This document shows positions 1 to 12,649 of a stretch of DNA of 64,000 bases, in pieces (position 1 is the first letter of the stretch; the number at the start of each line of letters is the position of its first letter). Origin of the DNA: Patescibacteria group bacterium (lineage in GTDB: Bacteria > Patescibacteriota > Patescibacteriia > UBA1558 > GWA2-36-10); contig JBAZSG010000002.1 of assembly GCA_041662585.1 (NCBI GenBank), forward strand, positions 13,588-77,587, in the 5' to 3' direction. The position numbers and the translations under genes were made by a program. Under the pieces are notes generated by a model. That model saw only the letters and a program-made list of their open reading frames with translations, had not been told where the DNA came from and did not search any database.

Positions 1-1493
1 CTCGTCAGGCCGAACGAGAATTGAGTATTCCGGCACAGGTCAAGGCGTGTCAAAAATATGGAATGGATCACAATTGGACTCTTGCACCGGATGGCATCTA
101 CGAAGAAAAGGGCGAATCGGCAAGAACCACCGATCGTCCACAGCTTCAAAAAATGCTTCACAGGTCAAAATCCGACACAAAAATTGATGTTATTTTGATG
201 CACAAGCTTGATCGTATGTGTCGCAATGTCGCCGATTATGCGGCGATCAAAATGATGCTTAAAAAACATGATGTTAGGTTGATCTCAGTGGTTGAGCAAT
301 TCGACGAGTCCTTCTCTGGAGAGCTAGTCGAAAACATTATGTCGTCAATTGCTCAATGGACATCTCAAAACATCAGCTGGGAGGTCAGGAAGGGTCTTAA
401 AGAGGCCGTAGAGCGTGGTCGGTTCCCGGGATACGCACCAATTGGGTATACGAACGATAAAAAAACCAAGTCTCTCATTATCGATAACATTCGGGCCCCT
501 TATATAAAACTGGCTTTTGAACTATATGCCACCGGCAAGTATTCGTATGATTCTCTGTCTGCCGATCTTAATAAGCGAGGTCTAAAAAGCAAATCAGGCA
601 AACATGTTAATCGCAAATCAATTGAGCATTTTCTCTGTAATCCAATTTACTATGGTCTTATAAAAACTCGATCGGCCACCTGTCAGGCAAACTTTCCACC
701 CTTAATCTCTAAAAAGCTTTTTGATGATGTTCAGGAGGTAGTCCAACAGCACAATCATTATGCTGATCGTACTCGCAAGCACTCATATCCTATGGCAGGG
801 TTCATGAGATGTGCTGTGTGTGGGTCTACACTTTGCGGACAGATGCAAAAGGGTCATCTTTACTATTCTTGTACTCACTGGCAAGACAAAAACTGCACAG
901 AACGCAAATATATGCGATGGGAGGTTGTTGAGGAACAGGTCGCTAACCAGTTATCACGGGTTCATCTACCTGATAAGTTTAAGAAGGTACTTGATTCTTA
1001 CTTTCAATATTTTGCCAAAGAAAGGCTCGAACAAGAAGACAAAGAACGCAAGAGTCTCAAGCGTGAGCTTATAAGAGTTCAACAACAGATTCGCAACATT
1101 GTCGTGGATCGTTCTAAGCGTATCATTGACGCAGATGTCTTTATAAAGATTCAGGATGAGCTTTTAAAGGAGAAGGAAATGTATCAGGATCGCTTGGGGG
1201 TACTTGAGGGCAAGTCTGACAAATTCGTGCAGAAATTTAATGAGTTGCTGGACTTCACGGATCATGCCGACAAGGTGTTCAACACCAGCTCAATGCATCA
1301 AAAACGCACACTGATGAAGCTTTGTTTTGAGGGATTCACTGTCAGTAATCAAAAACTGACGCCGATATGGACGCCAGTCTTTGATGTTCTTATGGATTTG
1401 CAAGTTTCCAAACTCGAACCACCGAAACCGTCAAAGGACTTAAAAACCCTTGCAGTTTCTAAAGTTCAAAGTTGGAAATCTGGCGGAGAGTAA
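1..1493. mobile_element. Right end of an integrated element (island/prophage-like) abutting the tRNA-Ser 3' end
   Basis: Recombinase gene with different base composition ends in the tRNA 3' end. The other att site is not in the window. Confidence 0.65.
3..1493 (+). CDS. Large serine recombinase (resolvase, recombinase and Zn-ribbon/coiled-coil domains), 5'-partial at window edge
   Basis: Frame open from nt 3 (RQAERELSIPAQ, the segment after the RVS catalytic motif). Motifs GESARTTDRPQL, HKLDRMCRN, APIGY, NPIYYG, CAVCG..YYSC. Visibly higher GC than the flank. Confidence 0.92.
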   Translation, partial: RQAERELSIPAQVKACQKYGMDHNWTLAPDGIYEEKGESARTTDRPQLQKMLHRSKSDTKIDVILMHKLDRMCRNVADYAAIKMMLKKHDVRLISVVEQFDESFSGELVENIMSSIAQWTSQNISWEVRKGLKEAVERGRFPGYAPIGYTNDKKTKSLIIDNIRAPYIKLAFELYATGKYSYDSLSADLNKRGLKSKSGKHVNRKSIEHFLCNPIYYGLIKTRSATCQANFPPLISKKLFDDVQEVVQQHNHYADRTRKHSYPMAGFMRCAVCGSTLCGQMQKGHLYYSCTHWQDKNCTERKYMRWEVVEEQVANQLSRVHLPDKFKKVLDSYFQYFAKERLEQEDKERKSLKRELIRVQQQIRNIVVDRSKRIIDADVFIKIQDELLKEKEMYQDRLGVLEGKSDKFVQKFNELLDFTDHADKVFNTSSMHQKRTLMKLCFEGFTVSNQKLTPIWTPVFDVLMDLQVSKLEPPKPSKDLKTLAVSKVQSWKSGGE

Positions 1494-1570
1494 GGGATTC
1501 GAACCCTTGAAAGCTTTTACACTTTACCCGCTTTCCAAGCGAGCGCACTCGACCACTATGCGAACTCTCC
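1481..1570 (-). tRNA. tRNA-Ser(GGA), long variable arm, encoded CCA
   Basis: Minus strand GGAGAGTTCGCATAGTGGTCGAGTGCG-CTCGC TT GGA AA GCGGG-variable arm-AAGGG TTCGAAT CCCTT-ACTCTCC GCCA. Confidence 0.97.
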
Positions 1571-1626
1571 ATGATTTAACTAATTTTCTAAATATTTCTC
1601 CTCATTTATAATATTCCCCTTATCTG
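1571..1626 (-). pseudogene. Degenerate 3' remnant of a second GIY-YIG nuclease gene
   Basis: Translates YK*GEIFRKLVK, which aligns with YKGGIKFKKLIG at the C-terminus of the intact neighbour. Confidence 0.6.
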
Positions 1627-1682
1627 TTTCTTAGCCACCCCCACGTAGCGGGGTCCCGCTTCGCGGGATATGCGAACTCTCC
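1627..1682 (-). repeat. 56-bp direct repeat copy 1: tRNA-Ser 5'-end mimic with double-hairpin insert
   Basis: GGAGAGTTCGCATA (tRNA nt 1-14) + TCCCGCGAAGCGGGA + CCCCGCTACGTGGGG + GTGGCTAAGAAA. 55/56 identical to 1941-1996. Confidence 0.95.
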
Positions 1683-1931
1683 TTATTTAAATTCTCCAAT
1701 GAGCTTCTTAAATTTTATTCCTCCCTTATAAGACTTAATTTCTAACTCTCTTCTATATGCTTCTGATTTAGTATTATAAATCTCCGTGTAAATTAATTTC
1801 CATGGAGCAAACTTTTTAGAATAAACAGATCTTCCAGTATTATGCCTTAAAATTCTATCATTTAAATCCTTTGTATGCCCTGTATAATACTTACCAAACT
1901 TTAAACTTTTCAAAATATAAACTTTATACAT
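1683..1931 (-). CDS. Small GIY-YIG nuclease family protein (82 aa)
   Basis: MYKVYILKS..KYYTGHT..RILRHN..W..Y.E....SEA..RE..IK. Start set at ATG 1931; the longer ORF runs through the repeat and promoter. Confidence 0.92.
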   Translation of the reverse strand: MYKVYILKSLKFGKYYTGHTKDLNDRILRHNTGRSVYSKKFAPWKLIYTEIYNTKSEAYRRELEIKSYKGGIKFKKLIGEFK

Positions 1932-1940
1932 ACCATCGCT

Positions 1941-1996
1941 TTTCTTAGCCACCCCCGCGTAGCGGGGTCCCGCTTCGCGGGATATGCGAACTCTCC
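1941..1996 (-). repeat. 56-bp direct repeat copy 2: tRNA-Ser 5'-end mimic with double-hairpin insert
   Basis: Same as 1627-1682 with one substitution. Confidence 0.95.
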
Positions 1997-2010
1997 AAAA
2001 CACGGTTTCT

Positions 2011-2039
2011 AGTATAAATTTTATTGCCCATTTAGTCAA
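2011..2039 (-). promoter_or_regulatory. sigma70-type promoter for the repeat/GIY-YIG/tRNA-Ser unit
   Basis: TTGACT-17 bp-TATACT, 14 nt upstream of repeat copy 2. Confidence 0.7.
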
Positions 2040-2089
2040 TACAGCCTATCTATGATAAAATAAATACTAATAGATTAACTATATCACTT

Positions 2090-3043
2090 ATGTTAGAAAT
2101 ATTTATAGTAATAATACCTCTATTTTTAATAATCTTTGGCTCAGCTATTATTGCTCGTATCAAAAAGCTAGATGAAAATTGGGAAAAAGTGCTCAATTCT
2201 TTTGCTTTGAATGTCGGGCTACCAGCTTTGATATTTTCATCTTTAGCCAAAGTATCATTTAAGGGTCAAGTTGATATTATCATTGCCAATTCTTTGTTTT
2301 TATTGCTAAGCTTTGCTTTGATCTATATCTTAAGTAAAAATTTTAAGATAAGCCGTAAAACTATAAAAACTTTATTTATCTGTTTTGCTTTTGGTAATAT
2401 TGCTTATCTTGGCATTCCGGTGTTGACTCAAATATATGGTGCCAAAATATTACCTAATGCTAGCCTGATTGTTGGTGTACATTTATTTTGGTTGTTTACC
2501 ATTGGTCTAGGCTTTTTGGATTATGATTTGACTAGTCGTCAGAGCTGGATTGGTAAATTGTTTCACAAAAAAAATAAACAAGCTATTATCAAACACATTG
2601 GTTTTAATTTACTAAAAAATCCTCTATTAATTTCTATTTTTCTAGGCTTATTAGTCGCTATAGCTGATATTCGTCTACCAAGGCTCATAGCTACAACCAT
2701 AGATATGCTCGCTGCGTCAGTCAGCCCTGTAGTGCTGGTAGTTATAGGTTTATTTATTGGCAACTCTCAAATCGGCAAACTCAAAGAATGGATTCCAATT
2801 TTTATTTTTAGTATTATAACTTTATTGGTATTACCGGGAGCATTTTATTTGGGACTAAAAATATTTGCGACTGACTTGTCCAAATATATTCCCTCAATGA
2901 TTGAAATTGCTATGCCTCTAGCCATTACTCCTTTTGCCTTGGCTGATAAATTTGATTTAGATAAAAAATTTATTGCTCGGGCTATAGTACTGAGCACAAT
3001 ATTATCTATTATTACTATCCCTATTTGGGCTAGTATATTATAA
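2090..3043 (+). CDS. AEC (auxin efflux carrier) family transporter
   Basis: About 10 TM helices; LPALIF, FGNIAYLGIPVL, NPLLI, AMP motifs. Confidence 0.88.
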   Translation: MLEIFIVIIPLFLIIFGSAIIARIKKLDENWEKVLNSFALNVGLPALIFSSLAKVSFKGQVDIIIANSLFLLLSFALIYILSKNFKISRKTIKTLFICFAFGNIAYLGIPVLTQIYGAKILPNASLIVGVHLFWLFTIGLGFLDYDLTSRQSWIGKLFHKKNKQAIIKHIGFNLLKNPLLISIFLGLLVAIADIRLPRLIATTIDMLAASVSPVVLVVIGLFIGNSQIGKLKEWIPIFIFSIITLLVLPGAFYLGLKIFATDLSKYIPSMIEIAMPLAITPFALADKFDLDKKFIARAIVLSTILSIITIPIWASIL

Positions 3044-3052
3044 AGACAAACT

Positions 3053-3094
3053 AAAACAACCTGCGAGGTTGACCCAAGCTCGCAGGTTGTTTTT
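3053..3094. terminator. Bidirectional intrinsic terminator
   Basis: AAAACAACCTGCGAG..CTCGCAGGTTGTTTT between convergent genes. Confidence 0.75.
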
Positions 3095-3099
3095 TAAAT

Positions 3100-5505
<2,406 letters not shown>

Positions 5506-5521
5506 ATTTTCTTTATTTACC

Positions 5522-5553
5522 AGCGCCTTTGGCGTGGTCCCGCTTGGCGGGAT
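5522..5553. repeat. Double-hairpin REP-like element related to the insert in the tRNA-mimic repeats
   Basis: CGCC TTT GGCG + GTCCCGC TTG GCGGGAT. Confidence 0.65.
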
Positions 5554-5556
5554 AAA

Positions 5557-5865
5557 TTAAAATTTTAGTTTCTTGGCATATCTACCCAAAAATGGCATTT
5601 CCCAAAAACTACCATTAAGAGCATTGATTACTCCTAGTATTGCCAGTAGCATTACCAAAAGAGCCAAAGCCCAGCCAATAATTGGCACAGGAAAAAACCA
5701 ACCAAACAATAGCTCTACAGCAAACAAGAGCAAGCCTTGCTTGGCGTGGAATTGAGCTAATTTGGATTTTCTTTTAAATAGCAATGGTATTAGACATAGT
5801 GCCCAAACATAAGACAAGGCAGCCATGGTACCATTTGCTTCTAAATCTTTTTTATCTACTTCCAT
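5557..5865 (-). CDS. DUF4870/Tic20-like small membrane protein
   Basis: AALSY..FHAKQGL..NALNG...MPFLG pattern. Confidence 0.75.
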   Translation of the reverse strand: MEVDKKDLEANGTMAALSYVWALCLIPLLFKRKSKLAQFHAKQGLLLFAVELLFGWFFPVPIIGWALALLVMLLAILGVINALNGSFWEMPFLGRYAKKLKF

Positions 5866-5883
5866 ATATTATATTTTTATTAT

Positions 5884-6420
5884 TTATTTTAATTGTTTGG
5901 TATTTTTGGTTGCTTTGATAAACAAAATTCCTAAAAAAACAATAAGTAAAACTACCCAAATAGGCTCCACCAAAAAACTAAGCCAAGCCCAAACAGATTT
6001 TACATAAATGATTTTTATAATACCCAGTATTATTACTGCTGAAACAAAAGATACAATAGTAGTAATAAACATTTTGTCAGTAGCTAGTAGCCATTTGAGA
6101 CGAGCCAAAGCCAACCAAACTACTATAATTATAAATCGCCAAATCCAAGTAGCCCAAAATATAAACTGCTCTGACCAATATAGCTTGATTCCAATCTGTC
6201 TAAGAAATAGCTCGGTCAGCACAATAAAAACCAACAAAACAATAGATACTAGTGTCCAAGAAAAGCTTGGTTGGGCTTTTGGTTTTAGCTTTTGTACTTC
6301 TTTGACCAGCTCTTCTTCTATGTCATGAGAACCAAAATCAGCTACCCAAATCTCTGTTGATTCTTCAAACTCCAGACCACTATTTTGATCAATTGTATGT
6401 TTAGATTTTTTAAAAATCAT
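5884..6420 (-). CDS. Hypothetical membrane protein (4 TM)
   Basis: 178-aa ORF with hydrophobic segments, co-oriented with neighbours. Confidence 0.7.
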   Translation of the reverse strand: MIFKKSKHTIDQNSGLEFEESTEIWVADFGSHDIEEELVKEVQKLKPKAQPSFSWTLVSIVLLVFIVLTELFLRQIGIKLYWSEQFIFWATWIWRFIIIVVWLALARLKWLLATDKMFITTIVSFVSAVIILGIIKIIYVKSVWAWLSFLVEPIWVVLLIVFLGILFIKATKNTKQLK

Positions 6421-6465
6421 AGACTTTTATTAATAACTATATTATACCAAAAAATAGCTCAAAAT

Positions 6466-6492
6466 AAAAACCCTAGCTTAAACTAGGGTTTT
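6466..6492 (-). terminator. Intrinsic terminator
   Basis: AAAAACCCTAG..CTAGGGTTTTT downstream of the CARDB gene. Confidence 0.7.
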
Positions 6493-6510
6493 GATAAATA
6501 TACAATATCT

Positions 6511-8127
6511 TTAAATCACTTCGGCCAAAACAGTAACATTTTCTATACGAGTATTGTTGGTTTCGTTTGATTCAATGAGCTGATTAGATGCATCAGCTGT
6601 CATACTTAGTTCTTTGGTACTAGTAGCTGTAAAATAGCCGGTCCACATAAAAGAAAGTAGCTCATTGGGATCAAATGGCTCGGCGACTGACACAATAGGA
6701 GGTGTTGTGGTTGCAGTAGTTGTAAAATCTTCAAAAGAAGCTAAACCATTTAAAATCCCCGCGGTATTTGTCAGTGCCAGTGTCCCACTATTTTTAATAT
6801 ATACTGTAATGGTAGTTGTAGCATTTACAGTAGGACTAGCCAGATTTAGTACAATATCGCTTACTGTAATATCTGGTAATACTACTTCTTCGGCTATCAC
6901 TGTAAAATTTTCTGTGCGAGTATTATTTGTTTCGTTTGATTCAGCTAGAGTATTGACATAATCAGTGGTCACTGACAAAGCCTTGGTACTAGTAGCTGTA
7001 AAGTAACCTGTCCATACTATAGAAGCACTTTCGTTGGCTACTAAAGGATCAGTAGCAGAAACAGTAGAAGTGCTTACTGATGTGATATTAAAATCTTCTA
7101 AGGATTTTGAAACATCAAAAATTGGCTGATAATTTGTCAGTGAAGTGTTGCCAGAATTTTTGATATAAGCAGTAATAGTCGTTGTAGCATTGACGGTTGG
7201 AGTATTGGTGCCCAAAGCAATATCTGACAACATAATATCTATAGTGCTAGTAGTTGTATCATCATCGTCATCCTCGTCTTCGTCCTCATCATCATCACTA
7301 TCATCACCAGAACACCTGCCTCTGACATCACCATGTGCCAAATGAGCCTCTAAGGCACTGCGAGAAACCTTGATGGTTCTATTGGCCAATTCTGGTTTAT
7401 GACAAACAACTACTTTGTCATGACCTCTACCTATTTCAAAATCTTCCATATCATCATCTGATTCTACTAGTTCTCCGTTATCATATAAACTAGATAATCT
7501 GTGAAGTTTGATAATATTTTTTCTAATTAAATTTTGCAATCTTAAAACTTCAGCCACTATTTTTCTTCTTTGACCATTTTCTATCAAGAAATATTGTCCT
7601 GTCTCTTCCTCTTCCACTACACTTCCTTCTGGTAAATTGTCTGCTGACAATATACCATTTTTTATTTTGTAACTAACGGCAAATAAACCTGGATCAATAT
7701 CTAAAACAAGTTTGTGCCAAGTATCTCCATAAAAATTACGAGCTGTAGCTTCATCTGGTATGTAGGTCAATTCACCATCTTCGCCCACAGCGTAAACCTT
7801 GACTGTGTTACGATGAGTAATTAACCTTGTTCCAGCTTGGAAGGTCACTGTACCACCATCAGCAATATTATCTAAATCGCTCAAATCAACTTCTGCTACT
7901 TTTGAAAAATCATCATACCAAGTATTAAAAGTCTTTTGATCTGGGTAAATATATTTTTTACCGTCAACACCAATTTGATAGACAGCTGCTCCCTTTACTC
8001 CTTTTATCTTGAGTAAATCGCCAGCTTTATAGTTTGAACTGGCCTTTACACTAGAAGGTGTAAAAACCATACTCAAAGCAAAGATACTTAAAAAAAGTAT
8101 TTTGGTTATATTTTTTCTAATTTGCAT
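6511..8127 (-). CDS. Secreted/surface protein with acidic linker and two C-terminal CARDB (Ig-like) repeats
   Basis: Signal peptide; repeated PTVNATTTIT.YIKNSG..WTGYFTATSTK..ESNETNNTR; CHKP..AHLAHGD..GRC motif. Confidence 0.75.
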   Translation of the reverse strand: MQIRKNITKILFLSIFALSMVFTPSSVKASSNYKAGDLLKIKGVKGAAVYQIGVDGKKYIYPDQKTFNTWYDDFSKVAEVDLSDLDNIADGGTVTFQAGTRLITHRNTVKVYAVGEDGELTYIPDEATARNFYGDTWHKLVLDIDPGLFAVSYKIKNGILSADNLPEGSVVEEEETGQYFLIENGQRRKIVAEVLRLQNLIRKNIIKLHRLSSLYDNGELVESDDDMEDFEIGRGHDKVVVCHKPELANRTIKVSRSALEAHLAHGDVRGRCSGDDSDDDEDEDEDDDDDTTTSTIDIMLSDIALGTNTPTVNATTTITAYIKNSGNTSLTNYQPIFDVSKSLEDFNITSVSTSTVSATDPLVANESASIVWTGYFTATSTKALSVTTDYVNTLAESNETNNTRTENFTVIAEEVVLPDITVSDIVLNLASPTVNATTTITVYIKNSGTLALTNTAGILNGLASFEDFTTTATTTPPIVSVAEPFDPNELLSFMWTGYFTATSTKELSMTADASNQLIESNETNNTRIENVTVLAEVI

Positions 8128-8240
8128 AGTATTTTTGTTAATTATTTTAATTATTATATATATAATATAGCTTATTATTATTAAAAAGTTACAAAATATA
8201 ATTTATTACATATATTATAGTAACATTTTTAAGACAAAAC

Positions 8241-8267
8241 AAAAACCCCGAGCAAGTCGGAGTTTTT
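8241..8267 (-). terminator. groEL terminator hairpin (GAGC..GTCG family)
   Basis: AAAAACCCCGAGCAAGTCGGAGTTTTT. Confidence 0.6.
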
Positions 8268-8277
8268 AAATTTTATA

Positions 8278-10219
<1,942 letters not shown>

Positions 10220-10238
10220 ATCTTTGTATAGTTAATAA

Positions 10239-10265
10239 TTAGCACTCATTACTTATGAGTGCTAA
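10239..10265. promoter_or_regulatory. CIRCE operator (HrcA binding site)
   Basis: Perfect TTAGCACTC-N9-GAGTGCTAA, downstream of a minus-strand TTGACA-17-TAAGCT promoter (10267-10295). Confidence 0.97.
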
Positions 10266-10295
10266 TAGCTTACAAAATTTTAATTGTATTGTCAA

Positions 10296-11615
10296 CTACT
10301 CTTGATGATGTTTATACATATTTACTAGCCCCAAAGACATGAGTATCCACCCTGTCCAAGAAGTCCAAAGATAATGATCAAAGAAACCAATAATTATTAA
10401 GCCCATTATCAAACTAGTAGACATAATATCTATTTTATTAGCCGATTTTATAATACGCCTTACTGTATAAACTATAAAAAAAGCTCCAATAAGCCCTAGC
10501 TCAGCAAACATAAGTATAAATATGTCATGGATTGGTTGGACATTGTACACTTCTTGATGAGGATATTTTTCTAAAGTAGCCAAAGTATTCATCCCCAAGC
10601 CTTGCCCAAAAAATACATTTTTATAATTGTCCCAACCCAGTTGAGCAAAAGTATCTACTCTTTCAATGACTGATTTTTGTTCTAATCGTCCATTCATCTC
10701 AATGCGAGTAGACCAAGCTCCTGGAAACCAAGTATTAAAAGACCAAAAAACCAGAAAAAATATAAATAAATATTTAACTATAATATTTACACTAAGCCAG
10801 TTTCTTTTAAAAACATTTATCACGGTCAAAGAAAATAAACTAAGCAACAATGCCAATATAGCACTACGAGAAAAACTAGCTAATATGCCATAAGTACTAA
10901 TCACTAAGGCTATAATGATAAAAATTAAATTCCAAAAATTTATTTTCTTAAAAAATTTATTCCAAAAATTTGACTCATTATTTTTATAAGCTTCTATCCA
11001 AAGATAAATACCAAAAAATATTACTACAAACAAAAATCCGCCCAAGACATTGGGATGTGGCAGGGATCCATAGGCTCTCAGTATCCTATTGTCAGCAAAC
11101 TCTACTACCGAAGTACCAAGCGTAGATGGTAAGTGCTCTGATATACCTAGCCATTTACTAGCTACTACTTTTTGAGTAAATAATTGATAAATAGCCAAAA
11201 TACCTTGAAGGGTACCTGAAAATAAAAAAGCACGATAAACAAATATTTTTGGTATAAATCTTACTAAATAAGCAAAAATAACTGCACTATAGATCAAAAA
11301 TAAATAATAAAAAGATACCAGTGGTGCTGGTGAACGAAAACTAATAACTACCGAATAAATAAATAAAATATAAAAAAAATTGGAGTGTGAAAAATGAAGT
11401 TCTTTTTTCTTATATAAGGCAAAAAATATAGTAGCCAAAAGTAAAACAATAACACTAGCATAAAGACTAAGCCTACCATATTCCCACAGCTCTATGCCTA
11501 GTGGCCAATCATAAAAAAGCCATCTGGTTTGCCACGGAATAAGTAAAACGAACAAACTCAAGAAAAAATGAAATAAGTTTTGATAATTTAGCTTAAATTT
11601 ATTTTTTTTAAACAT
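10296..11615 (-). CDS. O-antigen ligase family (Wzy_C) membrane protein
   Basis: RAYGSLPHPNVLGG, SFSRSA, G.GLG, PIHDIFILMFAELGLIG. Confidence 0.85.
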   Translation of the reverse strand: MFKKNKFKLNYQNLFHFFLSLFVLLIPWQTRWLFYDWPLGIELWEYGRLSLYASVIVLLLATIFFALYKKKELHFSHSNFFYILFIYSVVISFRSPAPLVSFYYLFLIYSAVIFAYLVRFIPKIFVYRAFLFSGTLQGILAIYQLFTQKVVASKWLGISEHLPSTLGTSVVEFADNRILRAYGSLPHPNVLGGFLFVVIFFGIYLWIEAYKNNESNFWNKFFKKINFWNLIFIIIALVISTYGILASFSRSAILALLLSLFSLTVINVFKRNWLSVNIIVKYLFIFFLVFWSFNTWFPGAWSTRIEMNGRLEQKSVIERVDTFAQLGWDNYKNVFFGQGLGMNTLATLEKYPHQEVYNVQPIHDIFILMFAELGLIGAFFIVYTVRRIIKSANKIDIMSTSLIMGLIIIGFFDHYLWTSWTGWILMSLGLVNMYKHHQE

Positions 11616-11638
11616 AAATATTAATTAATTCTATAGGT

Positions 11639-12583
11639 CTAATTTTTATTTATTAATACATGTACTCTTTCTCGCCACTGCTTAGCAAATAACTCACGAT
11701 TATCATTGGAATAAAATTTGAGCATTTGCTCATTGACAATGACCCGAGTATCAATATTTATCAAAGTCTTAAGATTTTTATCAATAATTTTTATTTGAAT
11801 CATACGATAAAAATTATAAACAAAACGCCTAATAAATGGCGGATTAAAAATAAACGCGATAATAATATTGGAAATTTTTGATAAAAGACTACTATACACT
11901 TCTTTGGCAAATTGATTTGGATAAGCGTTGGGCAAATAATTTTTATACCAATGATTTTCTTCTAAAAATTTTTCATACAAACCATCCGGATTATAAACTG
12001 GTATAAGATTGGTGAGCCAATAAGGATAATAAATATCATCTTTATTCATTTGGCTACTTTCAATATTTAAATATTTTTCATCTACAAAAAAACTAAGACA
12101 AAATGTATCTTTCTTACTATCCTCTCTAGGTCGCATATGCAAAAATTTTACAATCAAAATAGTAAAAAATCTAGCGAGCCAAATAGTACCACGACGAGAA
12201 ATAATAAATAAATCTATATCACTTTTTTCTCCAGCATTACTATAACCCAAGGAGTTACAGACAGCTACCATTCTTACAAAGGGAATAAAACGATACACTT
12301 TGGCCAAATATATAACTTTACGAAATTTTCTTTCAGCCAGATTGTTGCGTTGCTTACGCTTTAGGTATATAGAATCCCTACCTTTTATATGATAAAAACC
12401 TTCTTTGCTATCAAGTTTATCTTTCAAAATCTGGCTAGTAGCCAAAGTTTCTCTAAGGTCAGCTAAACTGTATTTTTGTTGTGGTTTATAAAGCCACTTC
12501 CACAGCTCACTAGCTGTCAGTGGGTAAGAAAAAACATCAAAAAAAGCAATAGTTTTAAGAATGGCTTTTTCTAAATCATTCAT
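11639..12583 (-). CDS. Hypothetical protein with nucleotidyltransferase-like motif
   Basis: PFVRMVAVCNSL...SDIDLFII; N-terminal FDVFSYPLT..E. Confidence 0.6.
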   Translation of the reverse strand: MNDLEKAILKTIAFFDVFSYPLTASELWKWLYKPQQKYSLADLRETLATSQILKDKLDSKEGFYHIKGRDSIYLKRKQRNNLAERKFRKVIYLAKVYRFIPFVRMVAVCNSLGYSNAGEKSDIDLFIISRRGTIWLARFFTILIVKFLHMRPREDSKKDTFCLSFFVDEKYLNIESSQMNKDDIYYPYWLTNLIPVYNPDGLYEKFLEENHWYKNYLPNAYPNQFAKEVYSSLLSKISNIIIAFIFNPPFIRRFVYNFYRMIQIKIIDKNLKTLINIDTRVIVNEQMLKFYSNDNRELFAKQWRERVHVLINKN

Positions 12584-12624
12584 GCCTATATAATACTCAA
12601 AAATGACATTTATTACAAGAAATA

Positions 12625-12649
12625 AAAATCCCCTGTTAAGGGGGATTTT
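12625..12649 (-). terminator. uvrA terminator (CCCCTTAACAGGGG repeat family)
   Basis: Near-identical to the hairpin at 19842-19866. Confidence 0.7.

Noticed and set aside
1627-1996. CRISPR array or extra tRNA genes
   Set aside because: Only two repeats separated by a gene, no cas genes, and the repeats lack anticodon and T arms.
1932-2039. N-terminal extension of the GIY-YIG ORF (118-aa version)
   Set aside because: It runs through the repeat, and its TTG start is the -35 box; family similarity begins at MYKVY.
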